Assembly (NCBI GenBank): GCA_963700285.1
Contig: CAVOXA010000014.1
Span: forward strand, 32,001 to 96,000
Origin: an uncultured Chloroflexia bacterium
GTDB taxonomy: Bacteria > Chloroflexota > Anaerolineae > JAAYZQ01
Direction of reading: 5' to 3'
DNA length: 64,000 nucleotides
Position numbers and translations under genes: made by a program. Of the stretch, positions 42,933 to 54,366 are shown one piece after another; within the stretch, counting starts at the first letter, position 1, and each line of letters begins with the position of its first letter. The notes under the pieces are model-generated. The model saw nothing but the letters and a program-made list of their open reading frames with translations, had not been told where the DNA came from and did no database searches.

Positions 42933-44472
42933 CTAGTCGATGTTCAAAGCCTGTTCCATCTTGGCCAGGATCTGATCGATGCCAAAGCTGGCCGGCTTCA
43001 TGCGCGGCGGGAATTCCTGGAATGTGTCCAGGAACTGGCGAACCAGAAACTGCGCGGCGTAGGTGATGTAGGCGTGGTCGATCAACCAATCGAAGTAGGT
43101 GTTGGAGGTCACGTCCGCCCGCTCAAAGGGATCGGTGCGCAGGTTAAAGATTTTGGGGACACGCAGGAAGACGAAAGGCTCCATCCATATGGCGGCGGTC
43201 CCTGCATGCGCTGCTCGGCAAAGACGATCTTCCAGTTGTCGTAGCGTAAGCGCAACCAGGTCGCCATCATCGGAAAAGTAGACAAAACCAGGTCGCGGTC
43301 CTTTCTCCTCCTCACCCGGTAAAGTAGGGCAGGAAGTTGTAGCCGTCGACGTGCACTTTGAACTCTTTATCGCCGGCCTGGTGCCCCGTTTTCAGCTTCT
43401 CGACAATCTCCGGCTCGCCGGCGGCGGCCAGCAGGGTGGGCAGCCAGTCCTGGTGGGCGATGATCTCGTTGGACACGGTGCCGGTCTCGATCTTGCCCGG
43501 CCAGCGAACCATGGCCGGGACACGGAAAGCGCCTTCCCAATTGGAGTTCTTTTCGTTGCGAAAGGGAGTCATGGCCGCGTCGGGCCAGGAGTTCATGTGC
43601 GGGCCGTTGTCGGTCGAGTACATGACGATGGTGTCCTCGGCGATGCCCAGCTCGTCCAACAGGTCCAGCATCTGGCCCACCTGCTTGTCGTGCTCGACCA
43701 TGGCGTCGTGATAGTAGGATTGCCAGCGGCCAGCCTGACCGAGGATTTCCTGCGGTGGATGCACCCGGAAGTGCATCCAGGTGGTGTTCAGCCAGACAAA
43801 GAAGGGCTGGTCATCCTCGTGAGACCGGGTGATAAAGTCCTTGGCGGCGGCGACAAATTCGGTGTCGCAGGTCTCCATGCGCTTCTTGGTCAGTGGCCCG
43901 GTGTCCTCAATCCTCTGTTTGCCAACGCGGCCCCAGCGTGAATGCTCAGTTGGATCGTCCTCTTCGGTTGCCCAGGAGTGGATAACGCCCCGCGGGCCAA
44001 ACATCTTTTTGAAGTTGGGAAAGTCCTCCTCCGGCGGATAGTCGACGTTCTCCGGCTCTTCTTCGGCGTTTAGGTGATAGAGGTTGCCAAAAAACTCGTC
44101 AAAGCCGTGGGCGGTGGGCAGGTACTTGTTCTTGTCGCCAAAGTGGTTCTTGCCAAACTGGCCGGTGGCGTAGCCCAGCGGCTTGAGTAGCTCGGCGATG
44201 GTGGCATCCTCCGCCTGCAGGCCGATGTCGGCGCCGGGCATGCCGACCTTGGTCAGGCCGGTGCGGTAGGGGCTCTGCCCGGTGATAAAGGCCGCCCGGC
44301 CAGCCGTACAGCTCTGCTGGCCGTACGAGTCGGTGAAGCGCATGCCTTCGTCGGCGATGCGGTCGATGTTGGGGGTGCGGTAGCCCATCAACCCGTCGCT
44401 GTAGCAGCTCAGGTTGGTGATGCCGATGTCGTCCCCCCAGATGATCAGGATGTTCGGTTTCTTCTCAGCCAT
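42933..44472 (-). CDS. Arylsulfatase, Cys-type (frameshifts near 43190-43312)
   Basis: KPNILIIWGDDIG, SCTAGRAAF, GKNHFGD, TDNG, FNLRTDPFE. Confidence 0.9.
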
Positions 44473-44548
44473 TTCTCCCTCACTCTTTTTCTAGTCTGTT
44501 GGGGCAGCCTCCCTGGATCTGCCCCGATATTCGCGGAATCGCCTGCCA

Positions 44549-44866
44549 TCACCAGCTCGCGCCGGCTTTGGCACGTGGTCGCGGGTGCTGCACATGTTTG
44601 GCGCGACCTCTCTGGCCATGCCCGGGTCGCTTCCAGCCATGGCATTGTCCGAATCTGAGCCCGCTGCCACAGGGACAGGGATCCTCAGGTCTGGATCTGG
44701 CGAGCTTGGTTTGCCAGTCAGCCTCCTTTCCAGCCATGACGGCCATGACATCTGAGGCCCGACGGCCCATGCGCATAAATGTGGCAATGATCTGAATCGG
44801 CTCGTTGGCCCACCGGCAAAAGGCCTGCCAACCGGCGCATAGGTAGTTCAGACCATCCTCGCCGTC
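44549..44866 (-). pseudogene. C-terminal remnant of anaerobic sulfatase maturase (radical SAM anSME) with SEC-C motif
   Basis: DGEDGLNYLCAGWQAF...DPCPCGSGLRFGQCHG; the radical SAM core is absent. Confidence 0.75.
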
Positions 44867-44878
44867 CTGCAGTCCCGC

Positions 44879-46285
44879 TCACTTCCCCAAAACTTTCACA
44901 ATATCGTCCGGTTTCCAGGTCTGATCGAAGAAGGGGGCCAGCGGCCCGTACAGGCGGATGTAGGTAAACCAGCCCTTACCGGGAACGGTTTTGACCCAGT
45001 TCTTTTCCCTTCCAGCAGGGGCTTCCGGGCCAAAGAAGACGTCGTAGGAACCGTCCTCGTTCTGTTCAGGCTCGTCAAAGCTATTGATGCTGGGCTTGGG
45101 CATACCGTTTTGCAGCAGCGAGCGCGTCTTGGGATCGTATAACGTCACCGACCAGAAGTTGTTGATGGGAATATTCGGTGGCAGATGCAGCTTGTAGGTT
45201 TGGCTGCCATCCAGGTAATCACCATGAGCATCCACATAGGCACCCAGATACTGCGACCCGGCGCCCACGGTCTTATTGACCATGGCTGGGGTAACGCAAA
45301 TGGCGGTGAAGTGGAAGAGCGTCCTGGCATCCAGGTTTCGGACGCCGTTCTTCAAGAACTCATGGCTGCCGCCCACAAACATATATTCCCAGTTGCGGTC
45401 AGGATACACCCTTGCTTCCGGCTCACGCGATTGATAGGCAATCGCCCGGGCCATGCCAAAACCCGTTTTGGCGGCGGTATCGAGAATCTTCCGCATGCGC
45501 TCATCCGGGTCAAACTGCTTGCCCTTCTCGATGTCAAGCGCTCTTAACAGCCCCAATTGTTCCGTGCTAAAGGCTTCGGTGGGTTCGTATTGGATCACCT
45601 TGTCGAGATTGACAAAATACTGGAAATCATTGGGGTGGATGGTATCTGCCGGTAAGCTCCCGGCATTGATAATATTGGGCTTTCTGGGGCCGTTTTTTAA
45701 CGGATAGACCGCACAATGATCGCCATACCATTTGATGGCCTGCTCACCCATGCCGCTGATTAGTTGGCTGGCACGCGCCATGACCCACACTCTATAGGTG
45801 CGCGAATGCGCGACAAAATACCCTTCCGGCACTTCGCCTTCATATTCTGGCGGCAGCAGCAGGTATTTGCCCCCTTGCCCTTTATCCGGGCCAACCATGC
45901 CAAAATCAATGATATACCGGAAATAGGCATCGTTGGCCATCCCCAAAACCTGAGGGGGGATTTCAACAACCGTGGGGCCATCTTTCTTGAGGTCAACATT
46001 ACAGGCAAAATAAACGCTTTCCGTATTGCCGGTCAAAACCAGCGGGGTGGCGGTCAGCAAATCGGCGGCCACAGCCAGGTCAGAACATTCCTTACACCCC
46101 CAGCCTTTTTCCTGCCCTTCAAGCAGGGAATACATCGACATCGCCGGCATAAAATCAAGGTAAGCCTGGCAGGCGCGCTGAAAATCGAGCGCATCGAACA
46201 GTTTCTGGGCGGTCTCTTGGGTGGGATACCCATCCAGCACAAATTCAAAATCGCCAATCGGTGTGGTTAGTTGTTCTACATTCAA
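44879..46285 (-). CDS. DUF1254/DUF1214 domain protein
   Basis: LTGNTESVY, GPDKGQGGKYLLLPP, FWSVTLYD, RLYGP; more AT-ending codons than its neighbours. Confidence 0.88.
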   Translation of the reverse strand: MNVEQLTTPIGDFEFVLDGYPTQETAQKLFDALDFQRACQAYLDFMPAMSMYSLLEGQEKGWGCKECSDLAVAADLLTATPLVLTGNTESVYFACNVDLKKDGPTVVEIPPQVLGMANDAYFRYIIDFGMVGPDKGQGGKYLLLPPEYEGEVPEGYFVAHSRTYRVWVMARASQLISGMGEQAIKWYGDHCAVYPLKNGPRKPNIINAGSLPADTIHPNDFQYFVNLDKVIQYEPTEAFSTEQLGLLRALDIEKGKQFDPDERMRKILDTAAKTGFGMARAIAYQSREPEARVYPDRNWEYMFVGGSHEFLKNGVRNLDARTLFHFTAICVTPAMVNKTVGAGSQYLGAYVDAHGDYLDGSQTYKLHLPPNIPINNFWSVTLYDPKTRSLLQNGMPKPSINSFDEPEQNEDGSYDVFFGPEAPAGREKNWVKTVPGKGWFTYIRLYGPLAPFFDQTWKPDDIVKVLGK

Positions 46286-46318
46286 AATACACTCTCCTCA
46301 TCTCGTTTTGATTCTCTT

Positions 46319-46354
46319 CTGGACAGGCAGACCTTCAAAGACCTGCCTGTCCAG
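46319..46354. terminator. Intergenic hairpin (terminator or REP-like)
   Basis: CTGGACAGGCAG-N12-CTGCCTGTCCAG, 12-bp stem. Confidence 0.55.
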
Positions 46355-46377
46355 GTTATCTTATTTGTGGTGCCAGT

Positions 46378-48732
46378 TTACTGCCTTGCCATGATGACGC
46401 GCATCTCGGCTTCGCTATCTTCGATCACATCTCCGCTGACGTCAAACGTCACGCTGTGGATCGTGCCGCTGAATTCGAAGGGCGGCTCGTAAAAAGGAGC
46501 GACCGGCGCGCCAGGATCCGCGCCGACGGTGATCCCTCCCGTCAGCCCCAGGCTGAAGGGCGTCGTGTGGGGGAAATCGGCCTGACCGACGAGCTTGCCG
46601 TCGATGTAGAGCTGCGCGCGGCCGGGAGTGCCCTTCCCGTTGGCAAAGTCCGGATTGCCGGTCACTTCGAACTCGAAGCGCAGTTCGTGCTGCCCGGCCG
46701 GGACCGGGACGGTGCTCTCCACGTGGAGGTAGTCGCGGGCGACGTAATTTTGGACATACTGCAGCTTGTTATGTTGTACATAGAAGGAATAACCGCCATC
46801 GACGCCTCCAAAGGAAACCAAGGCGCCTTGCGCACCGCCGGAGGGGATCTCCACATCCGCGGTGATGCTGTGCGTACGGTTGAGCAAGCGCGGGCCGGCG
46901 TTAAAGGGCACAGCCTGCGTGTGGGGGTAGAACGTATAGCGGGTGCGGTCCTTGGTGATCTGGGGCCGTTCGTCGGCCATGCGCAGCATGCCGCGGCCAT
47001 CCACCGGCAATACATGGTATTTGCCCGCTTCGACATACCAGGTAGCGATCATCTCGATCAGCTTGGCGCGGTTCCCTTCGGCGATGTTATGGTTTTCGGC
47101 AAAATCCTCTGCCACGTGGTAGAGTTCCCAGCCTTTGGCATCCAGCTCGGTCAATCTCTCGGCGGGGATGGGATCGCCAAAGCCGGTACCTGCTTCCGTG
47201 AAGGATGGTCCGGGCCAGGGGCAGACTGCCCGCCAGCCATTGTGATAGATGGAACGGTGCCCGAGCATTTCAAAGTACTGGGTGTGATGCTTGCCCTCCG
47301 CCTGGGCATCGTCAAGGGTGTGCGCAAAGCTGACCCCTTCAATCGGGGATTGGGCCACGCCCTTGATGCTGGCGGGTGGTTCGATCCCCAGAAGATCCAG
47401 CACGGTGGGCATCATATCGATGGCATGCGCATATTGGCTGCGTACTCCATCCCTGGTTTTCAAGCCCCTGGGAAAGTGCACAATGAAGGGATCGCTGATC
47501 CCACCACGGTAGGTCTCACGCTTCCAGCGGCGGAAGGGGGTGTTGCCCGCCCAGGTCCAGCCCCAGGGATAATGGTTGAAGGTGGTGGGATCGCCAAGCG
47601 CATCGATCTGTTCGAGGTTGGTCTGCAGATCTTCTTTGACGTTATTGAAGAACAGGTTTTCGTTGACTGAGCCGGTCGGTCCTCCCTCGGAGGAGGCCCC
47701 GTTGTCGGAGATCAACATGATCAGGGTGTTCTCGAACTCGCCGATCGATTTCAGAAAGTCAAAAAGCCGGCCCATGTGGAAATCGGTGTGTTCCAGGAAA
47801 CCGGCAAAGACCTCCATCATGTGGGCATACAGCCGTTTCTCGTCGGCCGAAAGCGTGTCCCATGGGGCGACATCGGGATCATGGCGGGAAAGCTCAGCAT
47901 CCGCAGGGACGAGGCCCATCTCTTTCTGGCGGGCAAAGGTCCGTTCGCGGAAGACATCCCAGCCCTCATCGAATTGTCCTTTGTACTTGTCGGACCATTC
48001 CTTGCGCACGTGATGGGGGGCATGCATGGCGCCGGGAGCAAAATACATGAAGAAGGGTTTATCAGGCGCCACCTGCTTGGCATCGGCGACGAAACTGATC
48101 GCTTTGTCCACCAGGTCCTCGGTGAGGTGGTAGCCCTCTTCGGGTGTCCTGGGAGGCTCCACCTGGTGGTTGTCAGAGACCAGCTCGGGGTAATACTGGT
48201 GGGTCTCGCCGCCCATGAAACCGTAGTAACGCTCGAAACCGCGTCCCAACGGCCAGCGGTCATACGGGCCGGCAGCCGATATCTGGTCGGCCGGCGTCAG
48301 GTGCCATTTGCCAACGGCATAGGTGTTGTATCCATTGGCCAGCAGGATTTCCGAGAGGAAACCATTCTCGAACGGGATATTGGCGTTGTACCCGGGGAAG
48401 CCGGTCGAGCCTTCGGTGATGCAGGCCATGGCGTTGGAGTGGTGGTTGCGCCCGGTCAGGATGCAGGAACGTGTGGGTGAGCATAAGGCCGTGGTATGCA
48501 TATTACTGAAGCGCACCCCGTTTTCTGCCAGGGCATCCATGTTGGGAGTCTTGATCGGGCTGCCGTAGCAGCCAAGTTGCCCAAAGCCGACGTCATCCAG
48601 GACAATGAAAAGGACGTTCGACGCCCCCTCTTTGGCGCGCTTTGGCTCCGGCCAAGCTGACTCAGAGGTGTCGAACGTGCGCCCGACAACGCCGTTGAAG
48701 GTGGTTCCAGGTTTGTATTCTTTAAGCGACAT
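46378..48732 (-). CDS. Arylsulfatase, Cys-type (AtsA-like, C-terminal LamG-like domain)
   Basis: IVLDDVGFG, LCSPTRSCILTGRNHH, GKWHL, SDNGAS. Confidence 0.93.
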   Translation of the reverse strand: MSLKEYKPGTTFNGVVGRTFDTSESAWPEPKRAKEGASNVLFIVLDDVGFGQLGCYGSPIKTPNMDALAENGVRFSNMHTTALCSPTRSCILTGRNHHSNAMACITEGSTGFPGYNANIPFENGFLSEILLANGYNTYAVGKWHLTPADQISAAGPYDRWPLGRGFERYYGFMGGETHQYYPELVSDNHQVEPPRTPEEGYHLTEDLVDKAISFVADAKQVAPDKPFFMYFAPGAMHAPHHVRKEWSDKYKGQFDEGWDVFRERTFARQKEMGLVPADAELSRHDPDVAPWDTLSADEKRLYAHMMEVFAGFLEHTDFHMGRLFDFLKSIGEFENTLIMLISDNGASSEGGPTGSVNENLFFNNVKEDLQTNLEQIDALGDPTTFNHYPWGWTWAGNTPFRRWKRETYRGGISDPFIVHFPRGLKTRDGVRSQYAHAIDMMPTVLDLLGIEPPASIKGVAQSPIEGVSFAHTLDDAQAEGKHHTQYFEMLGHRSIYHNGWRAVCPWPGPSFTEAGTGFGDPIPAERLTELDAKGWELYHVAEDFAENHNIAEGNRAKLIEMIATWYVEAGKYHVLPVDGRGMLRMADERPQITKDRTRYTFYPHTQAVPFNAGPRLLNRTHSITADVEIPSGGAQGALVSFGGVDGGYSFYVQHNKLQYVQNYVARDYLHVESTVPVPAGQHELRFEFEVTGNPDFANGKGTPGRAQLYIDGKLVGQADFPHTTPFSLGLTGGITVGADPGAPVAPFYEPPFEFSGTIHSVTFDVSGDVIEDSEAEMRVIMARQ

Positions 48733-49149
48733 AGGATTCTCTCCTTATGAAAGTTTACCCGGCTGCCTGTCCACCCAAGACCGGCAGCTGGACGTGAGAC
48801 CTCACGCGCAGGGATACAGCAAGTGTTCCATACTGCGCAAGACCAGAGTGCGGCCCGGTCACATGAAGCGGCTTGTTCACTGGTCAGTCCACCAGCTCCA
48901 CATCGGGCATCATGAACGTCCCTCGATATTGGCGACTCACCTTCCTTTCGTTCTGCTAGCTGTCTTGGGTTTCGTGTGACGTTTTGTCCTGCGCCTGAAC
49001 ACTCACGGCCAGCCAGGACGCGGCCGAACAGCCAATTGGACAGCTTGGCCTGATTCCTCCAACAAATTATATTCGATTGTTTGAGGGAAGACAAACCCCA
49101 AAATGGAGTAGATTTGCAGTATCTCGATGGAAAGAACGGGGAAAGGGCC

Positions 49150-51897
49150 CTATTCGGGGGGAAGAATACCCAACGCTCTGGCTTTGCGGACGGCCTGCCG
49201 CCGGCCGGCGACTTGCAGCTTGCCGTAGAGGTTACTGGTATGTTTTCTCACGGTATGGGGCGAGATGTGCAACGCCTGGGCGATTTCCTTGTCCGACAAT
49301 CGCCGGGCCAGCAGCTCGAGGATCTCTTGCTCGCGGTTCGTCAGAGACTCGACGATCTCCAGTTGGGCTGTTTGATCAAGCCGCTGCGCAGGTCGCCCCA
49401 GCGGTGAAGGGGCAAAGGCGGCCAGGATCCGCCCGATGTAGTTGGGCTCGCTCTCAAACTCTGCAAGCCGGGAAAGGAGGGGGACCATCGCCGGGCCAAG
49501 GTCCACGAAAACGCGGAGGTAGCCGCCGGGTTGTGCCAGCTCCAGCGACTGCCGCAACAGATCCAGCGCCTTTGGGCCGTCTCCCTGCGCGTCGCAAACC
49601 AGCGCCTGGAGGGCCAAGAGCTCGATGGTGTGGGGGGTGCTGTGTACGCCTCGCGCGATCTCTACGATTTCTTCCAGAATCTGGCTGGCCTGCTGCAGGC
49701 TGTCCCTCGTCCCCTGGGCGATCAGCACCCGGGCCAGCGTCACGCGCGGGACTTCGGGGAACAGCGTGCGGGCGGGCAAGTCTTCCAGGGTTACGCCCCG
49801 CGCCCAGCGTAGGGCCGCTGCCAGATCTCCTTGCAGCAAGGCCAGACGCGCCTGGAAGGCGCGCGCCTCTACCATCTGTACGGGTTGGCGAATCTCCAGG
49901 GCGAAGCCCAGGCTTTGCTCTGCCACCTGCGTGGCCGCCTCGGGGCGGCCCTGGGCCTGGTAGGTCAGGGCCAGGCCCAGCAGACACGCCTGGCTTGCTG
50001 CGGCGTTGGCCAGGTAGGGATGTTCCGTCACCGCCGAAAAGTGCGCCGCCGCCTCCGCCAGCCTGTTCTGCTGATAGCACGCTTGTCCCGAGATCAAGTG
50101 GGCCCAGGGCCTACTGAGCGCCAACGGTTTCTCCGGGGACAGCTTCAGGAGCCTTGACGCCATCTGTTCCTGCAGGCGCAAATCGCCGGACAGATAGTAG
50201 ATGACGACCAGGCCAAGCAGCATTCGCGCGGTGAAAAGGTCCTCCCTGGCCTCATCGCTGGCCAGCGCTTCTTCCAGGATGCGTATGCCCGTCTGCGCCT
50301 GGCCCGTCATCTGGTAGCCCCACGCCAAGTACTCGAGGAACATGCTCCGTACATAGACGAGCGCGGCCGGGAGGCGCTCCCTCGCCCGCTGGGCGCATTC
50401 CAGACATCGCCGTCCATCGCCACGCGCAAACCAGAGCGCGCTCCACAGAGTGTCGATCTCGCCACGCAGGATCTGACGCTCGGCTTCGGTTGTCGCTTCC
50501 GCATCACGAGAGATCAGTTCCTCGGCCGTTTGCAGAAGAGGAGGCATGGTTGCGTACTGCCAGCGCCACTGCTGGTGCCAGGCCCGCGCCAGCAGCAAGC
50601 CTGGGCGCTGGTGGACCACCTCCTGGGGCAACCTGTCCAACCAACGTACCAGGGCGTGCCAATCTTCTCGATTCAGCAAGGCGTGCCGATGCTGTTCGAC
50701 GAGCCGGGCCGCTCTCGGCGCATCGCCCGCGGCCAGGGCGTGGTGCATCGCCTCTTCGATCAGCCCTTCTGCGGCGAACCAGTCACTGGCCCGGACGTGG
50801 AGAGAGGCCACCACCTCCTCACTGCCTGACTCCGGAGCGCAGCTTGTGCTGCAATAGCTCCTGGAACAGGTGATGGTAACGGTACCAGGCTCCGTTCGTC
50901 GTCGAGAGGCACCAGAAAGAGGATGGCCTGCTCCATCCATTCCAGCGCTTCCCGAGTTCCACCGGCAGGCGCGCGGCCGTTCACGCTACAGATCGCGATC
51001 GAGCAGCGCGTCGAGAAGCGAGGCGCAGAAGCGCTCGAGGATCGAGGAGCGTAACAGGACCTCCTGGACAGCCTGGGGTTGGTGGGAGAGCACTTCGGTC
51101 AACAAATAGTCCGTCACGTGACGGTCACTGCCCGCCAGGTTTCTTGTCAGAGCAGTCAACTCACCGCCATCGCGCAGCGACAACGCCGCCAGCCGCAGGC
51201 CCACGATCCAGCCCTCGGTGCGTTGTTCCAGGATGGCTAGCGACTCAGCATCCACCTCGAGCCCCATGCACTGCCGAAAAAAGTCCCGGACTTCGTCCGG
51301 CGTGAGCTGCAGATCTCCGGAGCGTAGCTCCAGCATCTTCTGCCCGGCACGCAGGGCCGGAAGGGGCAATGAGGGATCGACACGCGTGATCAGGACCAGG
51401 CACAGGGTGCGGGGCACTGAGTCCACGAGTGTCTCGACGAACTGGTGCACGGGCGGGCTCTGGACACGGTGGTAATCGTCCAATACAAGAACGAATGCCT
51501 GAGGCACCTCGCCAAGTTCATTGACGAGCATGGTGGCCAGGTACGCCACCGGAGGCAATTGCGGTGCCTGGAGCAAGGCCCACGTCTCTGGACAGGCATC
51601 GGGGTACAGCGTGCGGATGGCAGCAATCAGGTAGCGAAGAAAGGTCGGCAGGTCGCTGTCCTCCTCGCGGAGAGACAGCCAGGCCGCCGGGCAGCCACAG
51701 GCCTCCAGCCATTGGCTGACCAGGGTCGTCTTGCCAAAACCGGCAGGCGCTGAGACCAGGACCAACCCGCGGTCCAGCCCGCGATTCAGCCGGCTCTCCA
51801 GCCGGGGCCGCCGGACCAATTGCGGAGGAATTCGCGGTCTGTGTAGCTTGGTCCGCAGTAGAAGAACAGGTTCGGTAGGTAGATCGGGTGTCCCCAC
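49150..51897 (-). CDS. MalT-like LuxR-family STAND ATPase regulator (frameshifts around 50820-50990)
   Basis: LRTKLHRP, APAGFGKTT, VLDDYH, TEGWIVGL, YLLTEVL, RYHHLF, C-terminal LTNREQEIL LuxR HTH. Confidence 0.88.
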
Positions 51898-52423
51898 TGC
51901 CTCGTGTCTCCTGAATGTCAGCGATCTCGCCCGAGGAGATTATACCATACCATTGATGTTTCATGCCAATACACGAGGGCGGGAGGGCAAATCCAAACTT
52001 CCTGTCATGAAGGATAATGCTGGAAGAACACCGGCAGGGTATTGGCTGGTAACCCAGAGAGGTGTGCCGAAGACCAGTTGGGGGTGACCGCCGCTCCGAG
52101 AGCAAGTCTCTCATTGCGAACTAGGTCAATTGTTGATCGGTTCTGTGGTCAACCGTAGGGAAGTATTGTTACAGGCAGTTCAGACCTGCCACGGGCTCTG
52201 ATGCGACGCCTGGCCTGATTGCATTCCGGGTTGTTTGCGGTGCATTGCCCGCTACCAGCTTATGGCTGGTGCCGGGCTCGTAGTTCTGGACCACCTCTGT
52301 CCAGTGCCACGCCCCCGATTCCTCACACCGGGCCTTGCTCTCTGTCTCCAAGGATGGTATAATCACGGTAACCAAAGCCCCACTTGCCCGGCGATTCGCG
52401 TTGCCTGGAACAAGGAGTCTGGA

Positions 52424-53212
52424 ATGGATCACAGGGAGGTCGGTCGCTTCTGGAATGGCAATGCCGAGGTCTGGACCAGGCTCTCCAGGGCGGGCTATGA
52501 CACCTACCGCGATCACCTGAACACCCCCGCCTTCCTGGACCTACTGCCCGGCGTGTCCGGCCAACGCGGCCTGGACATCGGCTGCGGCGAGGGGTACAAT
52601 GCCAGGCTGCTGGCCCGGCAGGGAGCGCGGCTGGCGGCCATCGACGTGGCCAGCGTTTTTGTCAGCCATGCCCGCCAGGCCGAGGTCCAGGAGCCCCTGG
52701 GCATCGGCTACAACGTGGCTAGCGCCGTGGAGTCGCCCTTCCCCGACGGGACCTTTGATTTTGCCACTGCGTTCATGAGCCTCATGGACATCCCCGAGAC
52801 CGGCTCTGTCATCGCCGAGGCGTATCGCGTCCTGAAGCCCGGCGGCTTCCTCCAGTTCTCCATCAGCCACCCCTGCTTTGACACACCCCACCGCCGCAAT
52901 CTGCGCGATGATCGTGGCAGGACCTACGCCATCGAGGTCGGCGACTATTTCCAGAACCTGGAAGGCCACGTTAGCGAGTGGATTTTTAGTGCCGCGCCAG
53001 AGAAAGAGATCGCGGGGCTGCCCTTGTTCAAGACGCCGCGCTTCACCCGCACCCTGAGCCAGTGGCTGAATCTCCTCATCGATACCGGCTTCAGTCTCGA
53101 GCGGCTCGGCGAGCCACGGCCCAGCGATGCGCTTGTTCGGGAACATCCCAACCTGCAGGACGCCCAGGTTGTCGCCTATTTTCTGATCGTGCGAGCCAGA
53201 AAACCCGTTTGA
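52424..53212 (+). CDS. Class I SAM-dependent methyltransferase
   Basis: LDIGCGEG, RVLKPGG, SISHPCF; AAGGAG RBS; TTGCTC-17-TATAAT at 52335-52363. Confidence 0.88.
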   Translation: MDHREVGRFWNGNAEVWTRLSRAGYDTYRDHLNTPAFLDLLPGVSGQRGLDIGCGEGYNARLLARQGARLAAIDVASVFVSHARQAEVQEPLGIGYNVASAVESPFPDGTFDFATAFMSLMDIPETGSVIAEAYRVLKPGGFLQFSISHPCFDTPHRRNLRDDRGRTYAIEVGDYFQNLEGHVSEWIFSAAPEKEIAGLPLFKTPRFTRTLSQWLNLLIDTGFSLERLGEPRPSDALVREHPNLQDAQVVAYFLIVRARKPV

Positions 53213-53222
53213 GGAGAGCCCC

Positions 53223-54011
53223 ATGCAGCGAATCCGTCTGATCCATTGGAAAGCTGACGAGGCAGAGGAGAGGGCAGCCATGCTCCAGGGGTTTGGTTAT
53301 GCAGTCGACTCTGGACCACTCACCGCCGCGGGCCTGCGCGGCCTGCGTGCAGACCCGCCCGATGCCGTGGTCATCGACCTCAGCCGGGCGCCATCCCTGG
53401 GGCGGGACCTGGGCCTCAACCTGCGCAAGTACGCGGCAACCCGCCACGTCCCCCTTGTGTTCGCTGAGGGTGTCCCAGAGAAAGTGATCCGCATCCAGGA
53501 ACTCCTGCCAGACGCGGTCTATACAACCTGGGCTGAGATGCGCGATGCGCTGCAATCCGCTGTCGATAACCCGCCGGCCGATCCTGTCGCGCCAGCATCA
53601 ACCATGGCCGGCTACGCGGGTACCCCCCTGCCAAGAAAGCTGGGCATCAAGCCCGGCTCGGTGGTTGCTCTGGTCAGTGCCCCCAAGGGATTCGAAGAAA
53701 CCCTCGGCGACCTACCGGAAGATGTCACCCTGACCCAGAGTGCCAGGCCTGCGAGTGAGGTGACCCTGTGGTTCCCCGCTACTCTGGAAGATCTGAAGGC
53801 GCGTATCGAGGACATGGTCCCATGCGCCGAGAAGGGCGGGCTGTGGATCATCTGGCCCAAGAAGGCATCCGGCATCGTCTCCGACCTGTCGCAGACCGTC
53901 GTGCGTGAGACCGGCCTGGCCGCCGGTCTCGTTGACTTTAAGGTGGCGGCCATCGACGCCACCTGGTCCGGCCTTCGCTTCAGCCGGCGCAAGACCAGCT
54001 CCCTGGGCTGA
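53223..54011 (+). CDS. Pseudo-receiver-like N-terminus fused to a DUF3052-like domain
   Basis: PDAVVIDL...VPLVF receiver-like segment; MAGYAGTPLPRKLGIK...WPKKASG...DATWSGLRF. Confidence 0.72.
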   Translation: MQRIRLIHWKADEAEERAAMLQGFGYAVDSGPLTAAGLRGLRADPPDAVVIDLSRAPSLGRDLGLNLRKYAATRHVPLVFAEGVPEKVIRIQELLPDAVYTTWAEMRDALQSAVDNPPADPVAPASTMAGYAGTPLPRKLGIKPGSVVALVSAPKGFEETLGDLPEDVTLTQSARPASEVTLWFPATLEDLKARIEDMVPCAEKGGLWIIWPKKASGIVSDLSQTVVRETGLAAGLVDFKVAAIDATWSGLRFSRRKTSSLG

Positions 54012-54127
54012 GCTGGACCATCTATTCCACGCGGTCCAACACCCCCTGCGGCAGTCCATCGAATTCGGCCGGAACTGCGCGATGGCTAAGAGCCGATGCG
54101 CCTTGGCGTCGAGGCGCATAAGTTGCC

Positions 54128-54231
54128 GTAGGGGCGACGCATCCCTGCCGGCAATCAACTTCAGCGGCGATCTCGGGGCTGCTGGAAGCTGTTCAGCCAA
54201 CAGGTAGGTGAGTGGGATGCGTCGCCCCTAC
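54128..54231. repeat. 18-bp perfect inverted repeat (GTAG-type REP/REPIN-like)
   Basis: GTAGGGGCGACGCATCCC (54128-54145) and GGGATGCGTCGCCCCTAC (54214-54231). Confidence 0.75.
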
Positions 54232-54300
54232 CTGATATACCAGCGCCGCCAGCAAGCGCCTAACCCCCGCGCTGCACCGCATCTCCAACCACAGAAAACC

Positions 54301-54366
54301 TGGCCACCTGGCCGATATCAGATCCGCCAGATGGCCGATGCACTGGAGCGACACCTGCCATATAAT
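54301..54366 (+). promoter_or_regulatory. Activator-dependent promoter, shared motif copy A
   Basis: TGGCCACCTGGCCGAT..ATCCGCCAGATGGCCG-ATGCAC-17bp-TATAAT. Confidence 0.65.

Noticed and set aside
44879-44881. Selenocysteine/readthrough fusing DUF1254 to the anSME tail
   Set aside because: An in-frame junction has a 1-in-3 chance; the TGA is at the normal DUF1214 C-terminus, and no SECIS-like hairpin was recognised
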